NCBI GenBank assembly: GCA_042408215.1
Contig: JAYFMW010000005.1
Location: 448,001-512,000, forward strand
DNA length: 64,000 nt
Source of the DNA: Microcoleus sp.
GTDB taxonomy: Bacteria > Cyanobacteriota > Cyanobacteriia > Cyanobacteriales > Microcoleaceae
Reading direction: 5' to 3'
In this document: one piece after another, positions 42,874 to 53,865 of the stretch
How positions within the stretch are numbered: position 1 is the stretch's first letter
Layout of the letters: the number at the start of each line of letters is the position of its first letter
Translations under genes and position numbers: made by a program
The notes under the pieces: model-generated
Database searches by the model: none
Told to the model about the DNA's origin: nothing
Seen by the model: only the letters and a program-made list of their open reading frames with translations

Positions 42874-43273
42874 AGTATTTTATCGAAGAGGTGATCGAAG
42901 AGTATTCGGGAGTGTGGAAACCGCGTACCTGGATAGTCGCGGATGAAACAGGACTCTGAATTTATTCAGCGTCCCCTTTAGGCGTTGGATAAGTAGAAGC
43001 GATAGGAGGATCGCTAAAAACCATAGAAGAGATTACCATGCTGGCGGCTAAAAATCCACAACAATTGGGCAATTTAAGGTAGCGGGCGGTGGGCGGTGAG
43101 CGGTGGGCGGTTGGGAAAGGGCGATCGCCCGGGGCTGGCTGGGCGGTAAGTATGCGATCAAAGAGTGTCAACCAGCTAAAATAGCAACTAAGTAGTCTCA
43201 AATTGCGTCTGCTGATTTAGTGGTTTTTCCGATTTTTTCGACAATTTTATCTAATTTATCCCACGTATCTACC

Positions 43274-44137
43274 ATGTTGTATGCGATCAAAGAGGGTTTT
43301 TGGTTGACAAGTCGGCGTACCTATGGCCGCGGGATTTATCTGTTTTTGTCGCTGATTGTAGCTGCGGGAATCTGGGTGATTTCTCCGCAACCCATGCAAG
43401 CATTTTCTTTGCCAGAACTGATTTTTCGGGGCATTCAAGTTATTCAATTGTCGAATTTGTCCGATCGCCAAGAGGTGACTGTTGGCAGGCAAATTAATCA
43501 GCAGTTGGTGGGTAAGGAGTTGAAAGTTTACCGCGACCCCGCTGCTACAGTATACATCAACCGCATCGGTCAGCGACTGGCAGGGCAGAGCGATCGCCCG
43601 AATATTCCCTATACTTTTCAAGTGGTTGACGACGACAATATTAATGCTTTTGCCACAATGGGCGGTTTTGTGTATGTAAATAAAGGTTTGATGGCGGCGG
43701 CGGACAATGAAGCTCAATTAGCCAGCGTGATCGGCCATGAAATCGGTCACATTAGTGCTCGCCACGCGATTAAACAAATGCGTCAAATGGCGATCGCCTC
43801 TGGTTTGGCTTCGGCTGCTGGACTGGATGGTTCTAAGGCAGTACAGATTGGGGTAGAATTGGCTTTGCGCCGTCCCCACAGCCGTCAAGCTGAATACGAA
43901 GCGGATCAATTGGGATTGCAAACAATGGGGCGATCGGGCTACGCTCAATCTGGGATGGTTGATTTTATGAAAAAATTGCTCAACAGACCTTCACCTCCGA
44001 GTATTTTGAGCACTCACCCGGCTACTGCCGATCGGATTGCTGCTATCTCCCAGGCAATGGACCCCGATCTCGCTAGTGGTGATGGCTTGAATAATGATGC
44101 TTACAGACAGGAAATCCGCAGTCTTTTTGGGTCGTAA
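43274..44137 (+). CDS. M48 family metalloprotease
   Basis: INAFATMGG, HEIGH, SRQAEYEAD, STHP. Confidence 0.93.
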   Translation: MLYAIKEGFWLTSRRTYGRGIYLFLSLIVAAGIWVISPQPMQAFSLPELIFRGIQVIQLSNLSDRQEVTVGRQINQQLVGKELKVYRDPAATVYINRIGQRLAGQSDRPNIPYTFQVVDDDNINAFATMGGFVYVNKGLMAAADNEAQLASVIGHEIGHISARHAIKQMRQMAIASGLASAAGLDGSKAVQIGVELALRRPHSRQAEYEADQLGLQTMGRSGYAQSGMVDFMKKLLNRPSPPSILSTHPATADRIAAISQAMDPDLASGDGLNNDAYRQEIRSLFGS

Positions 44138-44395
44138 GTCAGTAGTCAGGAGTCAGTAGTCAGTAGTCATTAGTCAGTAGTCAGTAGTCAGTAGTCAGTA
44201 GTCAGTAGTCAGTAGTCAGTAGTCAGTAGTCAGTAGTCAGTAGTCAGTAGTCAGTAGTCAGTAGTCAGTAGTCAGTAGTCATTAGTCAGTAGTCAGTAGT
44301 CATTAGTCATTAGTCAGTAGTCAGTAGTCATTAGTTCTTCTAATTGCAAATAACAAATAACAAATAACAAATAACAAATAATAAATAACAAATAA
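44137..44395. repeat. STRR arrays (AGTCAGT/AGTCATT)n, about 28 units, followed by (CAAATAA)n
   Basis: Direct reading; lies between convergent genes. Confidence 0.95.
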
Positions 44396-44407
44396 CCTAA
44401 CTCAAAA

Positions 44408-45193
44408 CTATTCTTTCAGATCTGCTGTGAAAAAAATCCGCTCAAAACAGGCTTGGGTAGTATGATCTCCAGGGGGTTGAATTTGTCTGACAACTTCGTC
44501 TAATGGCAAAATTCGGACTTGATGGTTAAATACATTGACTTGATAAACTCGGCGGTAGTTGAGGTCAACTCCTGTCAGCCAGCCACTCTTGGGATGATAA
44601 GCACCAGTGTCAATATCTAACCACCCTTGCCCTCTGACTAATTCACCAGGCATTACGCCCTCAAAGGTAAAGGTGATGGTGTGACCAGTGATAATTAATT
44701 TATTCGGAAAATAGGGTTTGGATATGTTGTGAAATGCTTGACGAATCCAGCAAAATTGCTCGATGGATTGCTGGTGAATGGGGAGTTTGGGATCGACGCC
44801 GGCGTGGACTAGCCAGATGTCGCCCAAGTCGAGGTGCGTAGGGAGCGATCGCATCCACTCTAAGTGTTTATACGGCATCATGCCTGTATCTCTGTAGCTG
44901 GCTATGGTGGCATCGCCGCCACTGTAAAGCCAAGCTTGCCACGATCGCAGATCCACAGGGCCGTTGGGCAAAGCATCTAACATCAGTTGTTCGTGGTTGC
45001 CCAACAGAGTTTGGTAAGAGCTTTCCTTGACAAATTCTACTACTTGAGCGCTCTTGGGCCCGCGATCGATTAAATCTCCCAGAAAATAGACGCGATCGTC
45101 CCAGCCGGGGGCAAGGGCCTCTAGCAGGGTCATTAAGCCATCGTAATGCCCGTGTACGTCACCAATAACAATGCGCCGTTCGCTTCGTTGCAC
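44408..45193 (-). CDS. PPP-family Ser/Thr phosphatase (metallophosphoesterase)
   Basis: GDVHG, GDLIDRG, GNHE, VHAG, GHT, DIDTGA. Confidence 0.93.
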   Translation of the reverse strand: MQRSERRIVIGDVHGHYDGLMTLLEALAPGWDDRVYFLGDLIDRGPKSAQVVEFVKESSYQTLLGNHEQLMLDALPNGPVDLRSWQAWLYSGGDATIASYRDTGMMPYKHLEWMRSLPTHLDLGDIWLVHAGVDPKLPIHQQSIEQFCWIRQAFHNISKPYFPNKLIITGHTITFTFEGVMPGELVRGQGWLDIDTGAYHPKSGWLTGVDLNYRRVYQVNVFNHQVRILPLDEVVRQIQPPGDHTTQACFERIFFTADLKE

Positions 45194-45527
45194 TTATTCG
45201 CTTCCCTGACTCAAAACACCAACCTGTAGGTAACAGCATCTAATTTTGCTGCGATTCTGCCGACCCTCTTGTTTTTAAGAGGGGTGTAACCCATTATACT
45301 GCTTTGTATAAAAAATGGGTCAAGCTTGCCAGTATTTACTTAGGTAACTACGATCTACAAAGATTTTTGTCGATGATAGCCGGAAAAATAGGACAGGGCG
45401 ATCGCCCATTATGGACAAAAAAGTTGGGGCGATCGCCATCTCTGATCCCGGCCACCGGTTAGTGCGAATGTCCCAAAACTCCATCCGGGGCAAATATAGC
45501 AGTCGCCAAGGTGGTTAGGACGCTTCC

Positions 45528-45575
45528 GGTCACTGAGCGTAGTCGAAGTGGACATTTCGACTACGCTCAATGACC
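45528..45575. repeat. Small dispersed hairpin repeat TGAGCGTAGTCGAA...TTCGACTACGCTCA
   Basis: Inverted repeat; same family as the in-frame insert at 12159-12204. Confidence 0.75.
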
Positions 45576-45619
45576 AAAGCGCCTTGGCGGTTGCTATAAC
45601 AGAAATCGATCGCCTGGAT

Positions 45620-46024
45620 TTGACACTCTCAGGGCTAAAGCCACTGAGATTCTGCGGACAGAGTAAAACTCTCGCTACGACCGTCAAACGCCGTCTACCT
45701 AGTCACCAATCGTCAAGCGATAGTTTCTAGCTACTTTTATTTTTTCCAATGCTTTCAGAATCCATCACTAAGCCAAGACGCGGTACGCTCCGCAACCTGC
45801 CTTTATTTGCTCTTTCCTGTCATACTGCGCCAGGACTTAAACCTAACCGTTGTTTCATAGGAGCCGGGATTTCTCCGATACTAGGATGCTTCAACACGTA
45901 GATGTTTTTTGTTCTTACTCACGATCTAATTTTAACACAAATACCACTGCGACTGAAGTCGCTCGTGCCGCTTCCCTAGGAAGGGCTAAAGCCACTGAGT
46001 TTCCCGCATCCCGTATTAATTTTT
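45620..46024 (-). mobile_element. 405-bp non-autonomous IS200/IS605 derivative
   Basis: Identical AGGGCTAAAGCCACTGAG at both ends (45631, 45982); right end ...GAGAGTGTCAA; left end preceded by TTCAT; no tnpB ORF. Confidence 0.8.
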
Positions 46025-46096
46025 ATGAATATTTTTGCATAAAAGTGCTCCGCCCAGGCGATTAAATATCATAACTACTAATTAGGATTGTCAAAA

Positions 46097-47113
46097 ATGG
46101 CTAATCTCATGGCACTTCGCCGATCGCCTGTTACCGCGCCTTCAGAGGGGCTACAACTGGCGGAAAATGAATTTTGGGGTAAAAAGTTGTTGCGGGCGAT
46201 CGGCTCCCAGCAGCTCAAAATAGCCGAACAGACGGCGTTTTGGGGAACTTTGGTCGCCGGGGCCGTGGCGGTTTCCCAACAGACAATGCTGGCAATTCCC
46301 CTATCTTTGTGTTGCGGGTTGAGTGTAATTAACCGCCGCCGTTTTGAGGAAATTTTGCAGCAGCGTCTGGCGACTACGACAGCAGAAATAGCGGCGGTTA
46401 GCACAAGGGAAAATCGGCTGGATGCGATCGCGATCGGTTCGATTCAAGAACGAATTTTGACCTTAGAAAAAGCACAGTTGCAGCAGCAAATTACGCAATT
46501 GCAACAGTGGGTAACTGATTTGGACGATCGCGTGGAAGAATTGGGCGATCGCGATCTAGAATTAAAGCAAGTGCAACAGCAGTTAGCAGCCCTACAAAAA
46601 TCAACATCCGCACCCACTAAAAAAGGTCGGGGGCGAGTGGCTATCTTTATTGATGGCGCTAATTTGTTCTATGCAATTCAGGAATTGGGGATTAGAATAG
46701 ATTATACAAAATTGCTGGCGCTGTTAGTCGGAAAGGATACCTTGTTTCGGGCTATTTACTATACGGGAGCAGAGGCGGCGGATGAGAAACAGCGAGGCTT
46801 TTTCTTGTGGTTGCGGCATCACGGGTTCCGCGTGGTTTCTAAACCAGTGTTGCAGCGGCCCGATGGATCAAAAAAAGCGAATTTGGATGTAGAAATGGCA
46901 ATGGATATTGTTAGCTTAGCAGGGCAATATGACACAGTTGTTTTAGTGAGTGGCGATGGAGACTTAGCTTGCGCGCTGCATCAAGTAAGCGCTCAAAGTG
47001 CAAGAGTAGAAGTCGTGAGTTTAAGGTCAATGACGAGCGATGCGTTGATTGATGTAGCAGATTCTTATGTTAATTTAGAGGAGATTCAAGACAAAGTTTG
47101 CAAAACTCAATAA
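46097..47113 (+). CDS. NYN (LabA/DUF88, PIN-like) domain protein with N-terminal TM and coiled coil
   Basis: IFIDGANL, KKANLDVEMAMD, LVSGDGD, SDALIDVADSY. Confidence 0.9.
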   Translation: MANLMALRRSPVTAPSEGLQLAENEFWGKKLLRAIGSQQLKIAEQTAFWGTLVAGAVAVSQQTMLAIPLSLCCGLSVINRRRFEEILQQRLATTTAEIAAVSTRENRLDAIAIGSIQERILTLEKAQLQQQITQLQQWVTDLDDRVEELGDRDLELKQVQQQLAALQKSTSAPTKKGRGRVAIFIDGANLFYAIQELGIRIDYTKLLALLVGKDTLFRAIYYTGAEAADEKQRGFFLWLRHHGFRVVSKPVLQRPDGSKKANLDVEMAMDIVSLAGQYDTVVLVSGDGDLACALHQVSAQSARVEVVSLRSMTSDALIDVADSYVNLEEIQDKVCKTQ

Positions 47114-47220
47114 TTCTCCCCCCTCACTCCCACCCTTCAAACTCCTCTGCGCCCTCTGCGCCCTCTGCGGTAAAAAAAAAAGCTCATTCACAATAGACAC
47201 ACAACATTTACCAAAAAAAC

Positions 47221-50200
47221 ATGAACCAACAACACCAGCAAGACAATCAAGAATATATCACCTTTTTACGTGAAGTATTGCAAGCCACCTCTGACAGCAA
47301 TGGTGATGCAAAAATCATCTATCCCATCCTGGCGGCTAACCAAGACAAACTCAATCGAACCTTAGTTGCACAGTACCAAAACTGGGCTAACAACATTCTC
47401 TCCCAAGCCGCACCAGAACAAACTCGAAATATTGCAGGAGTTTTTGTCAAGTTTCAGCAATTTAATTCAGCAATTCCCTTTAGGTAACAGGGCTAGTAAC
47501 CTAGACATCGCAATTATTGGTTACGAATTAGCTTTAACCATCTTCACCCGTGCCGATTTTCCCCAAGATTGGGCAGCAACTAAAAATAATCTGGGAATTG
47601 CCTACAATAACAAAATCACCGGCAACAAAGCCGAGAATCTAGATGAGGCAATTCGTTGTTTTCAACAGGCTTTAGAAGTCTACACCCGTGCCGATTTTCC
47701 CCAAAATTGGGCAAGGACTCAAAATAATCTGGGAAGTGCCTACTCTGACAAAATCACCGGCAACAAAGCCGAGAATCTAGATGAGGCAATTCGTTGTTAT
47801 CAACTGGCTTTAGAAGTCAGAACCCGTGCCGATTTTCCCCAAGATTGGGCAATGACTCAAAATAATCTGGGAAATGCCTACAGAAACAAAATCACCGGCA
47901 ACAAAGCCGAGAATCTAGATGAGGCAATTCGTTGTTATCAACAGGCTTTAGAAGTCTACACCCGTGCCGATTTTCCCCAAGATTGGGCAATGACTCAAAA
48001 TAATCTGGGAAATGCCTACAGAAACAAAATCACCGACAACAAAGCCGAGAATCTAGATGAGGCAATTCGTTGTTATCAACAGGCTTTAGAAGTCTACACC
48101 CGTGCCGATTTTCCCCAAAATTGGGCAACGACTCAAAATAATCTGGGAAATGCCTACTCTCACAAAATCACCGGCAACAAAGCCGAGAATCTAGATGAGG
48201 CAATTCGTTGTTATCAACAGGCTTTAGAAGTCTACACCCGTGCCGATTTTCCCCAAGATTGGGCAAGGACTCAAAATAATCTGGCAAATGCCTACTCTGA
48301 CAAAATCACCGGCAACAAAGCCGAGAATCTAGATGAGGCAATTCGTTGTTATCAACAGGCTTTAGAAGTCAGAACCCGTGCCGATTTTCCCCAAAATTGG
48401 GCAACGACTCAAAATAATCTGGGAATTGCCTACTATAACAAAATCACCGGCAACAAAGCCGAGAATCTAGATGAGGCAATTCGTTGTTTTCAACAGGCTT
48501 TAGAAGTCTACACCCGTGCCGATTTTCCCCAAGATTGGGCAACGACTCAAAATAATCTGGGAAGTGCCTACTCTGACAAAATCACCGGCAACAAAGCCGA
48601 GAATCTAGATGAGGCAATTCGTTGTTATCAACAGGCTTTAGAAGTCAGAACCCGTGCCGATTTTCCCCAAGATTGGGCAATGACTCAAAATAATCTGGGA
48701 AATGCCTACAGACAAAATCACCGGCAACAAAGCCGAGAATCTAGATGAGGCAATTCGTTGTTATCAACAGGCTTTAGAAGTCTACACCCGTGCCGATTTT
48801 CCCCAAGATTGGGCAGCAACTCAAAATAATCTGGGAAATGCCTACTCTCACAAAATCACCGGCAACAAAGCCGAGAATCTAGATGAGGCAATTCGTTGTT
48901 ATCAACAGGCTTTAGAAGTCTACACCCGTGCCGATTTTCCCCAAGATTGGGCAATGACTCAAAATAATCTGGCAAGTGCCTACTCTGACAAAATCACCGG
49001 CAACAAAGCCGAGAATCTAGATGAGGCAATTCGTTGTTTCCGGTTAGCCTTAGAATTTCGGACTCCCACAACTCTACCATTAGATTGTCTGCAATCTGGC
49101 AGAAATCTCGGTAATCTTGCCTTCAATAAAGGTTTGTGGGAGATTGCCATTGAGGGCTACGCAGCAGCCATTCTTGCTGTCGAACAAAGCCGCATTTGGT
49201 CAACCACCGATGCCAGCCGTCAACAGATTATCGCTGATTCAATTGATGTTTACGAAAACATCATTCAAGCCTACATCAATAGCGGCAACCTGAACAAAGC
49301 CATAGAATATGTAGACCGTTCAAGTTCCAAACGTCTGGTAGACTTAATGGCAAGTAACGATGTCTACGCAGGCGGTGAAATTCCGAGCCAAGTTCAGGAA
49401 TATTTGCAACAATACGACAACATCCAAGCCCAAATTGATACCGGACGTAAACCCCTCCAAGGTGACACCAACTCTAGCCAACAACCAACAGATAAACGCA
49501 GTTTTGCCCTGCGTCGCGACGCTGTAGAAGCCGCCGTCGCCACCCTCAAAACTTTGGAAGCGCAAAAACAACAAATCTGGGAAAAAATGCGCCGTTTAGA
49601 CCCAGTTTTGGCCGGAGAAATTCAAGTAACCCCGCTAGATTTTCGCACCATCCAGCAACTCATCGAACAACCAAAAACCGCCATTATCAATTTCTTCACC
49701 ACCAAGAATGACACCCACATTTTCATCATCTACAAGCACAAAAAGCCCAAACTGTACACTTGCACCGGCTTTGGCTATCAAACTTTACGCGCTTTAGTTG
49801 ATGACGAGTGGCTAACTCCCTATTCTAACATGAAAGACGGCATTTGGCAAGCCAAAATCTCGGATTTCTTGCAGCAAATATCCGAAAAACTGCAACTCAA
49901 AACCTTAGTGCAAACCTATCTCAAGGATATTGAGGAACTGATTATCATCCCCCACCTATATTGGCATCAAATCCCCTTTGCCGCCTTACCTTTAACTGTT
50001 CCCAATCAGAACAACTCCCAGCCACCGGAAAACCAGCCATCAGGAATGATGCGCCAAGTCATCGAAACCTTCACCCGCCTGGAAAAAAAGAATACTATCA
50101 CTAATATAAGTATTCCACCGGAAAGTGAAACAATCTCAACCGAATACTTAGGCGATAAATTCCGCATTCGTTATGTTCCCAGTAGCCAAATCTTGCAATA

Positions 50201-51050
50201 TTGCCAACAACGTCCGCCCCTTTCTGAGATTAATTACGGCACTGTAGAAAATGCCGATGATACGCTACCAAACGCCCAATTTGAATGCGAACAAATCGCC
50301 AAATTCTACAACATTCCCGAAAACCTACGCTTAAAAGGTCGCAGCCAAGCTACAGTGCTCAATTATCGCCAACTGGCGAAACAAGTGCAAGTCTTACACT
50401 CCAGCCACCACGCCTCATCTCGCCTCGATAGTCCCTTAGAATCCTGCCTACTTCTTGCTGATGGGAAGATTACTTTAGGTCAAATAATGAGTCCCGGTTT
50501 TCGACTTCCCAATCTCTCCGATGTCTTCCTTTCCTGTTGCGAAACTAACCTCGGTGTGGCGGGTGTTAGTGATGATATTTTATCATTATCCACGGGGTTT
50601 TTATGTGCCGGGGCGCGGAGTGTTGTCAGTACGTTGTGGTCCGTTGATGATTTAGCCACAGCTTTATTTTGCATTTTTTACTATCAGAATCGGCGACAAG
50701 GTTTAAATCGTCCTGAAGCCTTGAGAAAAGCGCAAATCGAACTCCGCACCATGACGGGAAAAACCCTCGCCGATCAATATTATTCTGATTTGAATAATTA
50801 TCTGGAACAGCAATTAAAGCAATTAGATCCTGTGCGTTTGGAAGCTAAGGCGCAGCTAAAACAACAAGCTAAAAATACGGATGGTTATCGCGAATGGAAA
50901 GCGGAGGTTAATCGGTTAACAAAAATTGAGAATAGGATTAAGGATTATCGGGATCAGATTAAGAAAGTATTACCCAGCCTTTGTCTGGAAGCTTTTCCCT
51001 TTGCTAAGCCTTTCTATTGGGCTGGTTTTATCTGTTCTGGTTTGAGTTAA
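47221..51050 (+). CDS. TPR-CHAT (caspase-like) protease, split by a +1 indel near 47452 and a -2 indel near 48711
   Basis: Three ORFs join into N-domain + 11 TPR-like units + CHAT (LHSSHHA His; FLSCCET Cys; STLWSVDD; PFYWAGF). Confidence 0.88.
47545..49040 (+). repeat. 11 near-identical 138-bp (46-aa) coding repeats
   Basis: ACCCGTGCCGATTTTCCCCAA recurs every 138 bp. Confidence 0.95.
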
Positions 51051-51091
51051 TTAGGAATTATACCAATTTAATGGGTCGTTGCACATATTCC

Positions 51092-51445
51092 GATCCCCCT
51101 AAATCCCCCTTAAGAAGGGGAGTAGGGGTTGACTTTGATTGGACTCTTGTCCCCCCCTATCCCCCTAAATCCCCCTTAAGAAGGGGAGTAGGGGTTGACT
51201 TTGATTGGACTCTTGTCCCCCCCTTCTTAAGGGGGGTTAGGGGGGATCGAATTCTATGCAGCTTCATAAAAAATTGGTATTACGCATTAAAATCAAAGAA
51301 ACCGGGTTTTTGGCTGAAGCTGTGGGTTGTTACCAAATATTTTCGCAAAAACCCGGTTTCTGGCTACTCGTAAATACTAAAGAAACCGGGTTTTTTGCTG
51401 AGTCTGTGGGTTGTTACCAAATATTTTCGCAAAAACCCGGTTTCT
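51092..51445. repeat. CCCCCTTAAGAAGGGG palindromic element (duplicated) plus two AGAAACCGGGTTT...AAACCCGGTTTCT units
   Basis: Direct reading; the latter family also occurs at 52443-52510. Confidence 0.85.
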
Positions 51446-51553
51446 GACCTGGAGTTAATAGCTATTTGTGACATTTCGATCGTTTTCACCAACTCGCATA
51501 ACTGCCGCGACTCCCTTCGATATACCAGTAGCACAGTTAGCAAAGCAACAGCC

Positions 51554-52541
51554 ATGAGCCGATACTACCACCCCACGCGCTACACCAGTCGCAGCCCGCA
51601 ACCCCCAGCCGCACGCACCCAAATTAATCAATCTTGGTTCAAGTCGCCCCTGATTTTATCCGCAATTCTTTTAGGCTTGGGCGTAGTCGGCGTTACCCTA
51701 TTTGTTGAGTTTACCACCCAGCGCATCATCCACATCCGGGCTGATGACAATTCCGATTCGGCTGAAACTTATACAGCTCAGCGACAACAACACTGTCAAG
51801 CCAGTATTCAACATTTTGACACTCCCCGACCTAAAGGTGCGAGGATTCTTAATTCAGCGACTAACCTTTAAGTGTTGCGTCCTTTCGGCAATATTCAGAC
51901 CTTTTAACCGTAGAAAACTACCAATTAACGAGCCTGATTCGCAGCCACCCCAGCGGGTCTATCTCCAAAAGCGTACTAGGATATTTACCTAGAGTTTGGG
52001 TATGCCCTACCCTACTTAACAATCCTAAAAGAATAGTTTGTTTTAACTGGTTTAAGGTTTAATTCAACCTCTAGCTGTTTAAAGAGTTTTCGCTGCTCTT
52101 CGTCCCCCGGTTTATACCTAAAAGTGTGTCTTAACTGTTTCACGATGGTAAAGGAATTTAACCTTGACTTTTATAGTATATCACAAATATAGGAACTTAC
52201 TGGACTTTTTGAAAGAAGTTTTAAGAAATTAAAGCCGTCCTAGAAGGACAGGGTTTTAAACCCAAATTTTTGATAAACCGGGCGATGTCGCAATTTCTAT
52301 GTCTTTTGCCGATCGCCCTGTCACTACCCAAAATATCTCCATTTCTAACAGTTTATCTCTCCTCGGCAAGTGTAAAGATACCAAACGGGCGATCGAACAC
52401 ATGAGGAATTTGGAGGCGACTTGGGCGACGCGGCTTAAGGTTAAAGAAACCGGGTTTCTGCGTAGATATCTAGTTTCCAGCCGACTATTTTTCAGAGAAA
52501 CCCGGTTTCTGGTCTTGGTGGGGGGTGCTTTCTGGGTATAA
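51554..52541 (+). pseudogene. Single-TM hypothetical gene interrupted by a mini-IS605 element
   Basis: Removing 51816-52272 restores the frame ...QASIQHYKPGDVAISMSFADRP; the 3' end runs into a repeat. Confidence 0.7.
51816..52272 (-). mobile_element. 457-bp non-autonomous IS200/IS605 derivative with an omegaRNA-like 3' half
   Basis: TTTAT|CAAAAA left end with hairpin CCCTGTCCTTCTAGGACGG; right end AAGAATCCTCGCACCTTTAGGTCGGGGAGTGTCAA. Confidence 0.88.
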
Positions 52542-52578
52542 TTGAGGGCATCCCTCTTTTTGCTGAACCCGATCGCCC

Positions 52579-53848
52579 ATGCACGAACTCGATCGCCTCC
52601 TCCAAGAACTTGTATCCCAGGCCCAATTATATCCCAAAAATACCGATCCAAGAAGGCGCAAAATTATACCGCAGTTGTGGGATATTATGTTTCCTGCATC
52701 AAGCTTACGACGTGACAAAAACCTACAGATGATGAGTCCAGACGGCGACTAAGTGGCATCAAAAAGCGGTGTCGCGACAGATATCTGGCAATTTTAGAAG
52801 GTGATTTTGAGGAAGATTGGAAGGAGGCTTTACAAATTACTCAGAAAGAGATATTAAACAACATTAATATTTTCAACAAAGGAGTAGATTCCAAGTTGTA
52901 TCAAGCATGGCTGAAGTTTAGCGAAACATCACCATCACAGCGAACTCCCGAAGTTTATTCTGAATTTAACCAACAAGTAGAAAAATTTCGCCGCAGCTTT
53001 ATACAAAGACGCACAAAAAAAAAACTCAAATCTATCCACTAGAAAAAGCTCAAAGCCTGGCTCAATCCTGTGAAAATTTATGCCAAAACATTCAAAATAG
53101 CGAACTTGATTTACAACAAACCTGGAATAGTTTCTGCGATGAAGTCCAGCAACTTTATCGACCTCTCAAGTTTTGGAACTGGTTTGCTCGTTATTTACAA
53201 TTCCGCTTTATTGATATCATCCGCCAGCGACTCAACGTAGTTTCAGGGGATGCACCGATTGCAGATCCAGATGGTGATAGCGCCAGTGAAACCAGATTCG
53301 ATCGAATTCAAACCAAAGCCGACTCAAGGCTATCTCCAGAGGTGATTAAAATCATCTCTCAAGATCCAGATGGTATTTTCAGGGGCAAGCATATTAGAAA
53401 TTTTCCTGATGTTAACTTTCGTGCGATCGCCATTTTAAAGTATAAACAGACTAGCATAAAAGAAATTCAAGAACATTTTGGGAATATCGTCAACGCTCAG
53501 ACAACCATCAGTCCTTTTTACACCCGTACCTGCTCTTATTTCCAGCCAATTATCGAAGAGTATTTAGAAGCAAGACTAGCCTTGTCACAATCTGCGATCG
53601 AACAAATTGTCACCGACTCTGAAGGGAAGTATAATAGAAGAACAATGCCCGATCGCCCTAACATTACTTTCCAAGGAATAATTCGAGCGCGATTGGAGGG
53701 GGTGCAATCTTGGACAATTTTCGCCAGACAGTTACAAGTCAATGTCACCGAACTAATATATTTTTACCTCGACGGTATCAGTTACTTTCAACTGATACCC
53801 AAACCGCAGAAGCGAACTCGCAGAAATAAAAACAACACCGAAGACTAA
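52579..53848 (+). CDS. Sigma-70-like/HTH regulator typical upstream of DUF1822; two poly-A frameshifts (near 52717 and 53015-53024)
   Basis: MHELDRLLQELVSQAQ..P, FWNWFARYLQFRFIDIIR, DPDGIFRGKHIRNFPDVNFRAIA after frame repair. Confidence 0.7.
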
Positions 53849-53865
53849 ATTAGGAGAAAACAGCC

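Noticed and set aside
47545..49040. 138-bp repeats as CRISPR or DGR
   Set aside because: They are in-frame coding TPR units with no spacers and no reverse transcriptase.
5590..52718. Short ORFs at 5590, 27740, 29675-30053, 31090, 51017-51447 and 52256-52718, and the many antisense ORFs
   Set aside because: Translations of repeats or shadows of longer genes on the opposite strand.
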